From assembly GCF_025526975.1 (NCBI RefSeq), contig NW_026515684.1, forward strand, positions 124,001 through 188,000: a stretch of DNA of 64,000 nt, read 5' to 3'. How positions within the stretch are numbered: the first letter of the stretch is position 1; every line of letters starts with the position of its first letter. The notes under the pieces are model-generated. The model made no database searches, was not told the DNA's origin, and saw only the letters and a program-made list of their open reading frames with translations. The stretch comes from Fimicolochytrium jonesii. Its lineage: Eukaryota. Of the stretch, positions 12,895 to 23,129 are shown piece by piece. The position numbers and the translations under genes are program-made.

Positions 12895-14879
12895 TTAAAC
12901 ATCCAAAAGCAATCTTGTAGGGTCTTCGATGATTTCCTTGACCTTGACAAGGAATGTGACGGCCTCACGTCCGTCAATGACGCGGTGGTCGTAGGTCAGT
13001 GCAATGTACATCATGGGGCGAGCTTCCACCTGGGATAAGAAGAGATGTAAGCATGTGAGGTGGGAATGGTGGTGATTCTTATACGAACTGGATATTACCT
13101 TTCCGTTGACGACGACGGCCCTCTCTTTCGTGGCGTGCATGCCCAGGATAGCGGACTGGGGTTGGTTGATGATGGGGGTTCCGTAGAGGGATCCGAAGAC
13201 ACCACCGTTGGACACGGTAAATGTACCTCCAGCCATGTCCTCAATGGTAATTTGGTTGTCACGGGCCTGAGAGCGAAAATGAGTCAGATTTTGCGCGATG
13301 CCGCCAAAGACGGGACGGCGAAAACATACCTTCTTTCCGAGCGCAGAAAGTGCCTTCTCAACTTCAACGATGGAAAGCGACTCGGTGTTGCGCAAGACCG
13401 GGGTCACGAGACCCTTAGGTGTTGCGACGGCGACGCTGACGTCGACAAAGTCGTGGTAAACAATGTCACCGCCTTCAATGGAGGCGTTGACACCGGGGAC
13501 TTCCTTCAGTGCGACGGAGGCCGCTTTAATGAAAGCGCCCATGAATCCGAGCTTCACGCCGTGTTTCTCCAGGACGAGCTCCTTGTACTTTTTGCGCATT
13601 TCGATGAGGTTTCTGTGTAATGGGTCCATATGAGTGTCGGCCCAGATGATTGTGAGTGGGATCAGTTTTTATGGCAAAGAACTCACGTCATGTCAATCTC
13701 GTTGAACGTTGTCAACGATGCAGCGACATTTTGGGACTCCTTCAAACGCTCAGCGATCCTCAGCCTCATGCGGTTCATTTTCACCTGACAAACAAAAGAT
13801 ACTGATGTCAGCATATATCCTATCCTTGTGTGTTCCCAAAGATGGCGTTACTTACCCTGCGTTCTGTCCTGGATCCGGGCAGCTGACCAGCGAATTCCTC
13901 ACCCTCAACAGGGGCTTGGGCCTTAGAACTTGGCTTGGGAGCCGGGGGTTTTGAAGCCGCTGATGACATCTTGTTAGCCCTTGCTCAGGCTCGTGTATAT
14001 CGCTCTACCATCTCTTACCAGGTGCGGCGATCTTAGAGGCGTCAGCCTTCTTTGGTTCCGGTTTGCTCTCCTGCTTGGCAGTCTCCTTCTTTGACTCCTC
14101 CTCTTTTGGCTTGGGTGCCTCAGCTTTTGGTGCCTCAGCTTTTGGTGCCTCCTTCTCCGCAGCGGGAGCCGACTCTTCGGCGGGAGCATCTCCCAGTTCA
14201 ATCTTGAACAAATTTCCTCCAACGGAAATTGTGTCGCCTTCGTTCGCAAAGTGCTCAAGCACCTTCCCGGATTCCGGCGAGTTCACCGTCACATCAACCT
14301 AGAGGCCCGACTAGGAGAGTTAGATTTTGAAACCGTTTTGTCCAAAGTCACCAGGAACATACCTTGTCGGTCTCAATGGTGGCAATCACTTCGTCGCGAG
14401 CGATGAACTCTCCGACCTCTGAAGGGCAAAGGGCAAGAAGGTTTAGCCATTGGGGCTTCGCAGTAAATCCTCCATAAAGGACTTACGTTTGTGCCACTGA
14501 GTGAGAGTTCCCTCCTGAATCGATTCCGCCATTGGTGGGCATTTGATAATCTTATCGGCTGTATTTCTTCAATGAGTACAAACGTGGTGGGAATAATTGT
14601 GCGCACAATCGTGTTCTCACCCATAAACCGGGCTTGACCAAAACGAGAGAGGGCATTACGACTCTGAGTAGGGAGAGTTCTGAGGGAAGGTAAGGGTTAG
14701 AATCTGCAAGCTATCATGGACTAAAGCAATCCCGATTCATACCTCAATCCGTTGGCAGTGGCTGGGGTCAGGCGGGCGGCAGATGGACCGACGATCCGCG
14801 AGAAGGTGGACGCGGACCGGCACAGCGACCTAGTGGCCGTGCGTTGCGATACGGCTCTGGTGACGACGGGTAAGAGCAT
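12895..14879 (-). CDS. KGD2: Dihydrolipoamide succinyltransferase (E2 of 2-oxoglutarate dehydrogenase), mitochondrial, multi-exon
   Basis: Arg/Ser-rich presequence, lipoyl domain ([13 protein letters not shown]), Ala/Pro/Glu/Lys linker, [14 protein letters not shown] and catalytic [14 protein letters not shown]. Confidence 0.95.
14114..14151. repeat. 15-nt tandem repeat (about 2.5 copies) encoding KAEAP in the KGD2 linker
   Basis: GGTGCCTCAGCTTTT twice, followed by GGTGCCTC. Confidence 0.8.
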
Positions 14880-15404
14880 CGTTGTTTGTTTTTGTGTTGT
14901 TTGTATTATAGCCGACATCGTAGCGAATGCTTTAGCTGCAAATGTTGAGCACTTTTTGGAGCAAGCCCCAACGACGACGACGAGGGAGCCAGAGTGAATT
15001 CCGCGGTCAATTCACGTGGCAGGGGCAGCTGGACCGTCATTATGCGGCTTTATGCGCGCCTCGTTTTTGCCCTCTTTTTTTGCAGGAGAACCGCCGCTCG
15101 AAGTCCTCGTAATTCTCAAGTCCACCTGAGACCGTGTTCTCATGTCGCTTCTGCCTTGATCCTGCCGCCACGCCCGCTTACGCTGTGGACGGGCCGTAAC
15201 GTTTGCTGCTTGCATTGCCAATGTCTGAGAGAACTCCGGTAGTGGCATACGCTCAACATATCACCAGTTGCACTCTCGATACTGAGCCACAGATAGGTTT
15301 TTCAAGTCTGAAGCAGCCCCCGCGCTTTGGTCTGTCACGGACCTATCTTCGAAGTACAATACCAACACCTTCACCGCACGATTTCCAAAGCTTTTGTGTC
15401 CAAG

Positions 15405-16646
15405 ATGGTGAGACATCTAGATATGATTTACCAACGACACTGGTTTCTTGACTTCCAGCTCACTCGCCCTGACGATCTACAGGCCGCTGGTACAATAACG
15501 ACGTTCGACACGCAGCACGAGGACCTCATCGTAAGCTTCTCTTGAACCTGACCGTCGCAACCACCGCCGATCTTGACCACTGATCTTTTTTCTCACTCAG
15601 CACGATGCACAACTGGACTACTACGGCAAACGCCTGGCGACGTGCTCTTCGGATCGTACTATTAAGATATACGAGGTCGATGGCGAAAACCATCGCCTGA
15701 TCGACACTTTGAGAGGGTATGGTGATTCAGCGGACCACCACGTCTGGAAGCAGTTCTCCCAGACTTACCACATGGTTCCTTCGCACGAAACAGGCATGAC
15801 GGACCCGTATGGCAAATAGCATGGGCGCATCCCAAGTTCGGCAATGTCCTGGCATCGTGCTCATATGATGCAAAGGTGGCGGTTTGGAAGGAGACGAACG
15901 GCGTCTGGTCTCGAGTGTGGGAGCACATCACGCATACGGCCTCTGTAAATTCCCTCGCATGGGCACCTCACGAATTTGGCCTTGTACTCACTGCTGCGTC
16001 TTCTGATGGGAAAGTCTCCCTTTCTACTTGCAAAGGTACGCCTTTCTTTTGTCTACCGGGGGTGCAGACACCGTACATTGACAAATTGCGTACAGAGGAC
16101 GGATCGTGGGACACCATTTCCTTCCAAGCACACTCCATCGGTTGTAACGCCGTCACCTGGGCCCCATCCACCAGCCCCAGTTCGTTAATACAGGTATCCG
16201 GCTCCGCACCACCCAACCTCGTCAAACGCTTCGCTACCGCCGGCTGCGACAACCTCATCAAAATCTGGCGTGAAGACACCACCTCACCGACCCTCTGGAG
16301 CGAAGAAACCGTTCTGGAAGCCCACACCGACTGGGTCCGCGATATCGCTTTCGCACCCAACATCGGCCTACCCACGACATACCTCGCGTCCTGCTCACAG
16401 GACAAGACGGTGGTGATCTGGACGCAGGATCCACAAGGCGCTGGGTGGAGCAAAAAGCTGTTGAAGCGTGAGCCGTTCCCGGATGTGGTTTGGAGGGTGA
16501 GCTGGAGCACCAGCGGGAACATTTTGGCGGTCAGCTGTGGTGATAATAAGGTCACTCTGTGGAAGGAGAATCTGGAGGGCGAATGGGCGGTCATTGGTGG
16601 TGAGGGAGGAGATGCTGCTGCCAATACACCCGTTGCCGGGCAATGA
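15405..16646 (+). CDS. SEC13: COPII coat / nucleoporin WD40 protein Sec13, multi-exon
   Basis: First coding exon is ATG|GTGAG. Motifs [60 protein letters not shown] and VWRVSWS. Confidence 0.95.
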
Positions 16647-16920
16647 ATCGCACGCAAACCAACTGGAGTTTGTTAAGCGTTTAGATTTCGATAACCGTCA
16701 ATATATAGCTACTTGCACGGCTTATGTCCTACTGTACAAGCATCGACATGCGAAGCAGAAACCTAATTGTCGGGCCTTCCTACACTAGAATCTAAGAGTG
16801 GGGTACTTCCAGGATGTGATGAAAGTGGCTTGGCAAAGATGTCCTCCCACAATGCTAAGCGCTCACGGATACGTAGAACGAAGATGAAAATTGACAAGAT
16901 ATGAAATGCAATGGACGTGT

Positions 16921-19568
16921 TTATCGTGCGGGCGCATCAGCAGCGTCGCCATCAGTCTTAGCGCGCCACGTCTCGATCTTCTGAACGACCTCCTGCGCAG
17001 CGACGGGGATCTTTGTCCCTGGTCCAAAAATGCAGCCGACTCCAGCGTCGTAGAGGAATGCGTAGTCTTGCTGCGGGATGACGCCACCGACGACGACGAG
17101 GCGGTCGCCTGCCCCGAGTTTTTGCAGTCTGAAGTGAGAACAGAGGTCAGTCTTATGTAGCAACGTATGGAGAGGAGTGGCACATGATTTCGTACTCAGA
17201 GATCAGTTCGGGAACCAGCGTCTTGTGCCCAGCTGCTTGGGAGCTTACACCCACAACGTGCACATCAGCATCTACAGCTTGTCGGGCAAGTTCTGCTGGC
17301 GTCTACAACACATCAAAATCATGTCAGTTGCAACTTAGGAACTCTTAGGGAGATGGTTCAAAAACCAATCGCAATTACCTGGAACAAAGGCCCAATATCC
17401 ACATCAAACCCAAGATCCGCAAACCCAGACGCAATAACCTTGGCGCCACGATCATGTCCATCCTGCCCCATCTTCCCCACCAAAATACGCGGTCGTCGAC
17501 CCTGCCTCTCCATAAAGTCCTCCACCATCTTCAACGTCTTGCTAATATCATCACTGTCTCCATACTCAGACTTGTACGCGCCGCTGACGACACGCACGGT
17601 CGGGTTGTGCCGTCCCCAGACCTGTTCGAGCGCGCTGGTGATTTCGCCGACCGTGCAGCGGGCGCGGGCGGCTTCGATGGCGAGGGCTAGGGTGTTGCCC
17701 TTGCCGGTTTCGGCGCACTGGGTGAGGGCTGCGAGGGCGGCGGTGGCTTGGTCTTGGTTTCGGTTTTCTTTGACGGATTTGATTTTGGCGATTTGGGCGA
17801 GACGGACTTGGGTGTTGTCAATGGCTAGGACTTCGACGGGGTTGTCGTCTTTGACTTGGAATTTGTTGACTCCGACAATCACCTCTGTACACGCGGAAGG
17901 GATATTTGTCAGGGCTGCCAAACGGGTAACTTGTTTCTGAAGGTTGGGGATTGGAATGACATACCTTGGCCAGAATCGATACGGGCCTGTCGCTTAGCGG
18001 CAGCCTCCTCTATCCTCAGCTTCGGCATACCACTCGCAACCGCCTTCGCCATCCCACCCATGGTCTCCACCTCATCAATGATACCCTTCGCAATATCGAA
18101 GAGTTCATTGGTCAACGACTCCATCATGTAGCTTCCTCCCCACGGATCGGCGACCTTCGGGATATGCGCCTCGGTCTGCAAGATCAATTGAGTGTTACGC
18201 GCAATACGTGCACTGAACTCGGTTGGCAGGCCGATGGCCTCATCCAACGCGTTTGTGTGCAGAGACTGCGTTCCGCCAAGAGTGGCTGCCATGGCTTCGA
18301 TGGTGGTGCGGATAACGTTGTTGTAGGGGTCTTGTTCGGTGAGCGACCATCCGGAGGTTTGACAGTGCGTTCGGAGGAGGAGGGACTTTTTGCTTTTGGG
18401 CTGGAACTTTTCTTTGATCATAAGTGCCCACAGTCTCCGCGCTGCTCGGAGCTTGGCAATTTCCTGTCGAACTCGAAGTCAGTATTCGCACGATGCCTCC
18501 TTTCTATGAAAGCGCTGAAGTACCATGTAGAAGTTCATCCCAATTCCTGAAAGCTTTTGATCAGTGCCAGTTTCATCGAAGGCCACGCATAAAATATCTC
18601 TTACCGAAGAAGAACGACAAGCGTGGTGCAAACTCATCAACAGTCATGCCGGCCTTCAGACCTGCCACCGGTTTGTTTTAGTCGCAACCCTCAACGGCGG
18701 CATAAGAGACTCGGCCCTCAGCGCTCATACCTGTTCGAACGTACTCCAACCCGTCCGCTATCGTGAAGGCTAATTCCAGCGCGTTATCGGCCCCAGCTTC
18801 TTGAATGTGATAACCAGAAATCGAAATGGAGTTGTACTTGGGCATGTTCTTCGCGGTATACTCAAAGATATCGCCAATAAGCTTGATCGACGGCTCCGGA
18901 GGATAGATGAATGTGTTCCGGACCATGAATTCCTTGAGAATGTCGTTCTGAATCGTCCCTGCAAGCTCCTTCTGTTGCGCCCCTTGTTCCTCTCCCGCCA
19001 CAATGTACATGGCAAGAATAGGCAGCACAGCCCCGTTCATCGTCATGGACACAGACATCTTGTTCAACGGAATTCCGTCGAATAGCCGCTTCATGTCCTC
19101 AACCGAGTCGATAGCGACACCCGCCATCCCGACATCACCCGTCACACGGGGATGGTCGCTATCATACCCACGATGCGTCGCCAGATCGAATGCCACACTG
19201 AGACCCTGCTGTCCGGCAGCAAGATTCTTCCTGTAGAACGCATTACTCTTCTCTACCGTACTGAAGCCGGCGTATTGGCGGACCGTCCATGGTCGAAACG
19301 TATACATGGAGGCATACGGTCCCCTGGTGAACGGGAACTTCCCAGGTACCTCCTCAGGCACATCGGTGACATCTTGCTTGGTGTACAGTGGCTTGACGGC
19401 AATACCCTCGGGTGTGTTCCACGTCAAGGTCTCCACCGGGTCCTTTCCCTTCAGCTCCTTTTTCACCATTTCGCTCCATTCATCGTGTAATGGGACTTTG
19501 AACTTTGGTGCTGCTGTTGCGAGACTGCGAGTGGCGGACCGCCTCAAGAGCTGAGATTTGGACAGCAT
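16921..19568 (-). CDS. MUT: Adenosylcobalamin-dependent methylmalonyl-CoA mutase, mitochondrial, multi-exon
   Basis: [59 protein letters not shown] and the B12-binding [10 protein letters not shown] (DxHxxG) motif, with an N-terminal presequence. Confidence 0.97.
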
Positions 19569-20371
19569 GGTGAGCTATAGGTGGAATTGAGATGGGGCCC
19601 ATGCCAAACTTACAGAGAGCCCAGAGCTGGGAGACCGACCAACGCGGCCGGACCATCGTAACATCTTGCACAGTAAGCCTCTGCTCGCCCAGAAACGACG
19701 GGTGTTGTTTGACAAGAAAGGAAGCTTGATATCCACGTCCTACTTAAGCCTGTCTGACTTATGCTCCCCACGATGCGTACAGGAAGAAAGTCTCGTTCGC
19801 AAAATGCAAGTTGGAATTCAGACTGAGGAACTTGAAGTCAGAAGTGGACGCCGTCAATCAGCTGACCATATGAAAATGACGGGTTCGCGCCTCCTCTCTT
19901 TTTTTTTCTCACAAACTAAAATCAAAAGACAGGGAAACACCAGGAAACAGGAAGCCCGACGGTCGCCTCCACTGGAGCGGGGCTACGGCACGGATATCCA
20001 CCAAAGCGTGTCCCGAGGCAGTGTGGACCTCCAGTAGATCCGTGATCCCCCCACCCCAACTGCCCACTCCTTTCCAGCCTTTATCGCTCGATAGTCGGCG
20101 CACTGCACCAGGAACCGGCTGCTGTGGAGGAGGAAGGGACAATCCAAGATTCCTTCCCATACACGTTCCCTCTGCTGCAGACGTCCATCCGGCGGAGGAG
20201 TAGGACGTTTTCATCGAGGAAACGAGTATGCTGGCCGCGATATTGAGGGTTTGAGGGGTTCCCGCTTCACGGGCCCCTTCATCGAGATCCGCGTTGTCGA
20301 GACTGTGCGTATCAGCAACGGCGGAGACTATATGTCCATGTAAGGCGGTTGAAAGTAGCGTTGACAGTGAC

Positions 20372-20489
20372 AGGGAGGGAGGGAGCAGCAGATGGAGGAG
20401 GAGCGGCAGTAGCAAAGGGAGGATCAGAGGGAGGAGCAGAGGGAAGGGAGAGGAAGGAGGCAGGGGCAGAGGTAGGGGAGCAGAGGGGC
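20372..20489. repeat. Low-complexity purine tract on + (long polypyrimidine tract on -) inside predicted intron 20303-20584
   Basis: GGAG/GCAG/GAGG-rich run almost devoid of T. Confidence 0.7.
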
Positions 20490-20838
20490 GTGTCCAGAGG
20501 TTCGGATAGCACATTTGCAAGTTTACGAGATCGGAAAGCCTATGACAAAGGCCACAGGCCGACCCTGGAACACTTCGCACTTACCTCCTCGAGTCAGCAG
20601 GATAAACGACGCGTTTGAGAGGATCTAAGCGTTAATGGTTTGCCGATTATCAATGCTTTACACGTACCTCCGTCGTGACTCCCGATGAGAACCTGTGGGA
20701 GCGCACATCAGGATTCGTAAGAGCAGTAAAACTCACCTTGGAACCTGGCAAGACGCAAGGGTCGCAAGAAACATAGGAGAATGTAGGACCGTTAATGGTA
20801 CAGTATGTTTGAGGAGATTTGGTGTTGCCAGGAAGATT

Positions 20839-20914
20839 GGCCCTTACTTCAGAGAAGCACGCGTCGGAGAAATTCAACAAGAAACATGTAAGCAACGCTT
20901 CATCCCAAAAGGCC
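20839..20914 (-). ncRNA. Intronic box C/D snoRNA candidate with an LSU rRNA guide
   Basis: Terminal stem GGCCTT..AAGGGCC, box C GGGATGA (20906-20900), box D' CCGA (20867-20864) and box D CTGA (20852-20849). The guide GTTGAATTTCT is complementary to the conserved LSU sequence AGAAAUUCAAC. It lies just inside a GTAAGT donor and about 100 nt from the 3' splice site. Confidence 0.6.
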
Positions 20915-21244
20915 TGTACTTACATCCGTCAGGTATATCTCCCCGATGAGAACCTAAAAGGCCGCAAGTCAGGACATGGTGTGATAGGGGGATCAGCACT
21001 TACCTGAGTTGAATCCATAGAAAAGCGAGTTGGAAGAGGTGAACAATGACATACAAGGCTTACCTTTGTTTCTTGCGATCGCGGATTTGACTGATGTCAT
21101 TCCCCCTTGTCGGGCATGGCAACTACCCTCTTCTCTCGCATGGATGAGTACCATGAGCTCTTATTGATTAAAAGCCGTCAGTTGTTCACTGGGCTTTTGT
21201 TTGCAGTCTCGACCGCACACTCGGAAGTTCCGCTCCAACGAGCT

Positions 21245-21389
21245 ATATGTGCCATGGTTTTGCAGATTATCATAAGACTCAATCGGCTATCCAGTGCAAG
21301 GATGGCTGAAGAGCGTTCACTGAATCCGCTGTACATATAGCCCGGATGCTCTCTTCTGCATACAGCTTTGCCAGTATATGCGAGCTGTG
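21245..21389 (-). ncRNA. Candidate H/ACA-like RNA
   Basis: 5' hairpin, then AGAAGA (ANANNA, 21357-21352), an internal hairpin GAGAGC..GCTCTT, and a 3' hairpin GCCAT..ATGGC with a TGCA/TGCA upper stem and AAACCAT, then ACA (21250-21248). Confidence 0.3.
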
Positions 21390-21529
21390 GGTAGGGTCTA
21401 CTATACTGTACGCGCATCAGACGCGCAAGTCACGCACAATCTCATTCACCGGCAAGACCCCGCTCCTCCCCGCTCGCAGCATCCGTGCTCGCTTTCAGCG
21501 TCGGCTGGCAAACCGCTTACTGTAGCAGC

Positions 21530-22927
21530 ATGCAAGGAACGAGGGGTTTGCCGATAGAGAGCTCGCAGTCAGGAGTCCCGACGACCCTCGAAACCCAGCT
21601 CTCAGTGGCCCTCAGTCGTCGCCGGGCACAAAATCTCCTCCGCTCCACTCCGATACCCAGACAAGGCCTCACCGACTTCAGCTCAAACGATTACCTAGGC
21701 CTGGCCCGAACCCCGCAACTCCACTCGCACTTCCTCTCTGCACTGCAGCACCAGGCGCCATGGCAACGTCGGCGTTTCTATCCGGGCTCTGACGACGCTT
21801 ACCAGTCATCCAACACCACCCAATTGCCGCGTGAGACATTAGGCTCAACCGGCTCCCGTCTCCTCACCGGCAACAGCTCCACCGCCCTCGACCTCGAACA
21901 ATATCTCGCCGACTACCACTCTTCCCCTTCGGCCCTCCTCTTCAACAGCGGATACGATGCAAACCTATCGCTGTTATCAACATTACCGCAGCCGGACGGC
22001 GGGGTGTTACACGACGAGTTCGTGCACGCTTCGATGCATGATGGGATACGGATGTGCAGGGCTCGACGGGAGAATGTGAGGAGCTTCAGGCATAATGATG
22101 TGGAGGATTTGGAGAATGTTTTGGTGCATATGCTTGGGTCAGAGGAGGAGGCGGCACAGAACGGACGAAAGTACTGTAAAACGGTGGTTGTCGCCATCGA
22201 GTCTCTCTACTCCATGGATGGCGATATCGCCCCGTTGAGAGAGATTGCAACCCTCTTGTCGCGGTTTGACGGTCGTGCGATCCTAGTGGTTGACGAAGCG
22301 CATTCGACAGGCACTTATGGAGCCGGTGGCCGTGGGCTAGTCAGCCACCTAGGGCTCGAATCTAAGGTCTTTGCCCGGTTACATACCTTTGGGAAGGCCG
22401 TAGGCGCACATGGGGCCGTCGTGCTCGGTCCCGCGGTATTGCGAGAGTACCTGTGCAATTACGCCCGGCCACTGGTGTACAGCACCATGATGGCCGGACA
22501 CGCCTTACTCGCCATCCGGTGCGCTTACGAGGTGATGGAGGGGGAAGCGGAAGCGCGACAAGCGAGACTGAACGGTCTGATCGAAGTGTTCAAATCCGCG
22601 ATGCGGGACCTGCCACCCACTGTCGAGCTGCTGCATTCCGATACGATGGTGCAAGGGATCGTGTTTCCGGGCAACGCGAACGTGGTCATGCTGGCGAAGG
22701 TGTTGCAGGACAAGAGGTTTGATGTCAGGCCGATTAGGTCGCCGACTGTACCTGTGGGGACGGAACGCGTGAGGGTGTGTTTGCACGCTCATAACACTGC
22801 GGAGGAGATTCAGGATTTGGCTGTCGCGTTGAGATCCGCATTGGAAGAACTGCACCCCAGGGCAGCAAATCCGACGAAGCCGACAGTAGTCGATCCACCG
22901 ACTGCTTCGTTAACGCCGAGATTATGA
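21530..22927 (+). CDS. bioF: 8-amino-7-oxononanoate (KAPA) synthase, PLP-dependent, biotin biosynthesis; intronless
   Basis: DFSSNDYLGL, GSTGSRLLTGN, FNSGYDAN, HASMHDG, SLYSMDGD, DEAHSTG, TFGKAVG and IRSPTVP..RVRVCLH. Confidence 0.92.
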   Translation: MQGTRGLPIESSQSGVPTTLETQLSVALSRRRAQNLLRSTPIPRQGLTDFSSNDYLGLARTPQLHSHFLSALQHQAPWQRRRFYPGSDDAYQSSNTTQLPRETLGSTGSRLLTGNSSTALDLEQYLADYHSSPSALLFNSGYDANLSLLSTLPQPDGGVLHDEFVHASMHDGIRMCRARRENVRSFRHNDVEDLENVLVHMLGSEEEAAQNGRKYCKTVVVAIESLYSMDGDIAPLREIATLLSRFDGRAILVVDEAHSTGTYGAGGRGLVSHLGLESKVFARLHTFGKAVGAHGAVVLGPAVLREYLCNYARPLVYSTMMAGHALLAIRCAYEVMEGEAEARQARLNGLIEVFKSAMRDLPPTVELLHSDTMVQGIVFPGNANVVMLAKVLQDKRFDVRPIRSPTVPVGTERVRVCLHAHNTAEEIQDLAVALRSALEELHPRAANPTKPTVVDPPTASLTPRL

Positions 22928-23129
22928 AAGGCAAAGAGTCGCTTTCGGCGCTGGGGGCCGACGCGGGCATGATGCTGGACGTATCCTGAGATAGGCGTAC
23001 CATAGAAAGCATATAGATCTAGTCTACATTAGACAATGAGGAACACAAGAGGATAGCCTATGATGAAAGAAGAGTATGTGATACAAAACAGAGACAGTGT
23101 GTGACCCCGCACAAGCGCTTCAGCGTCGC

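Larger units (their letters stand above)
20211..21063 (-). other. Micro-exon-rich spliced transcript, probable snoRNA host (possible 69-aa spliced sORF)
   Basis: Chain of consensus GT..AG introns at 20954-21003, 20745-20923, 20693-20736, 20625-20667 and 20303-20584, separating exons of 30, 8, 25 and 40 nt. No recognisable protein. Confidence 0.5.

Noticed and set aside
19909..20580. 223-aa Pro/Leu-rich ORF
   Set aside because: It starts at GTG inside a splice donor and reads through a polypyrimidine tract, so it is likely a low-complexity artefact.
21109..21123. X-box-like GTTGCCATG half-site, with a similar GTTGCC upstream of CEP135 at about 28927
   Set aside because: Only half-sites, which are expected by chance.
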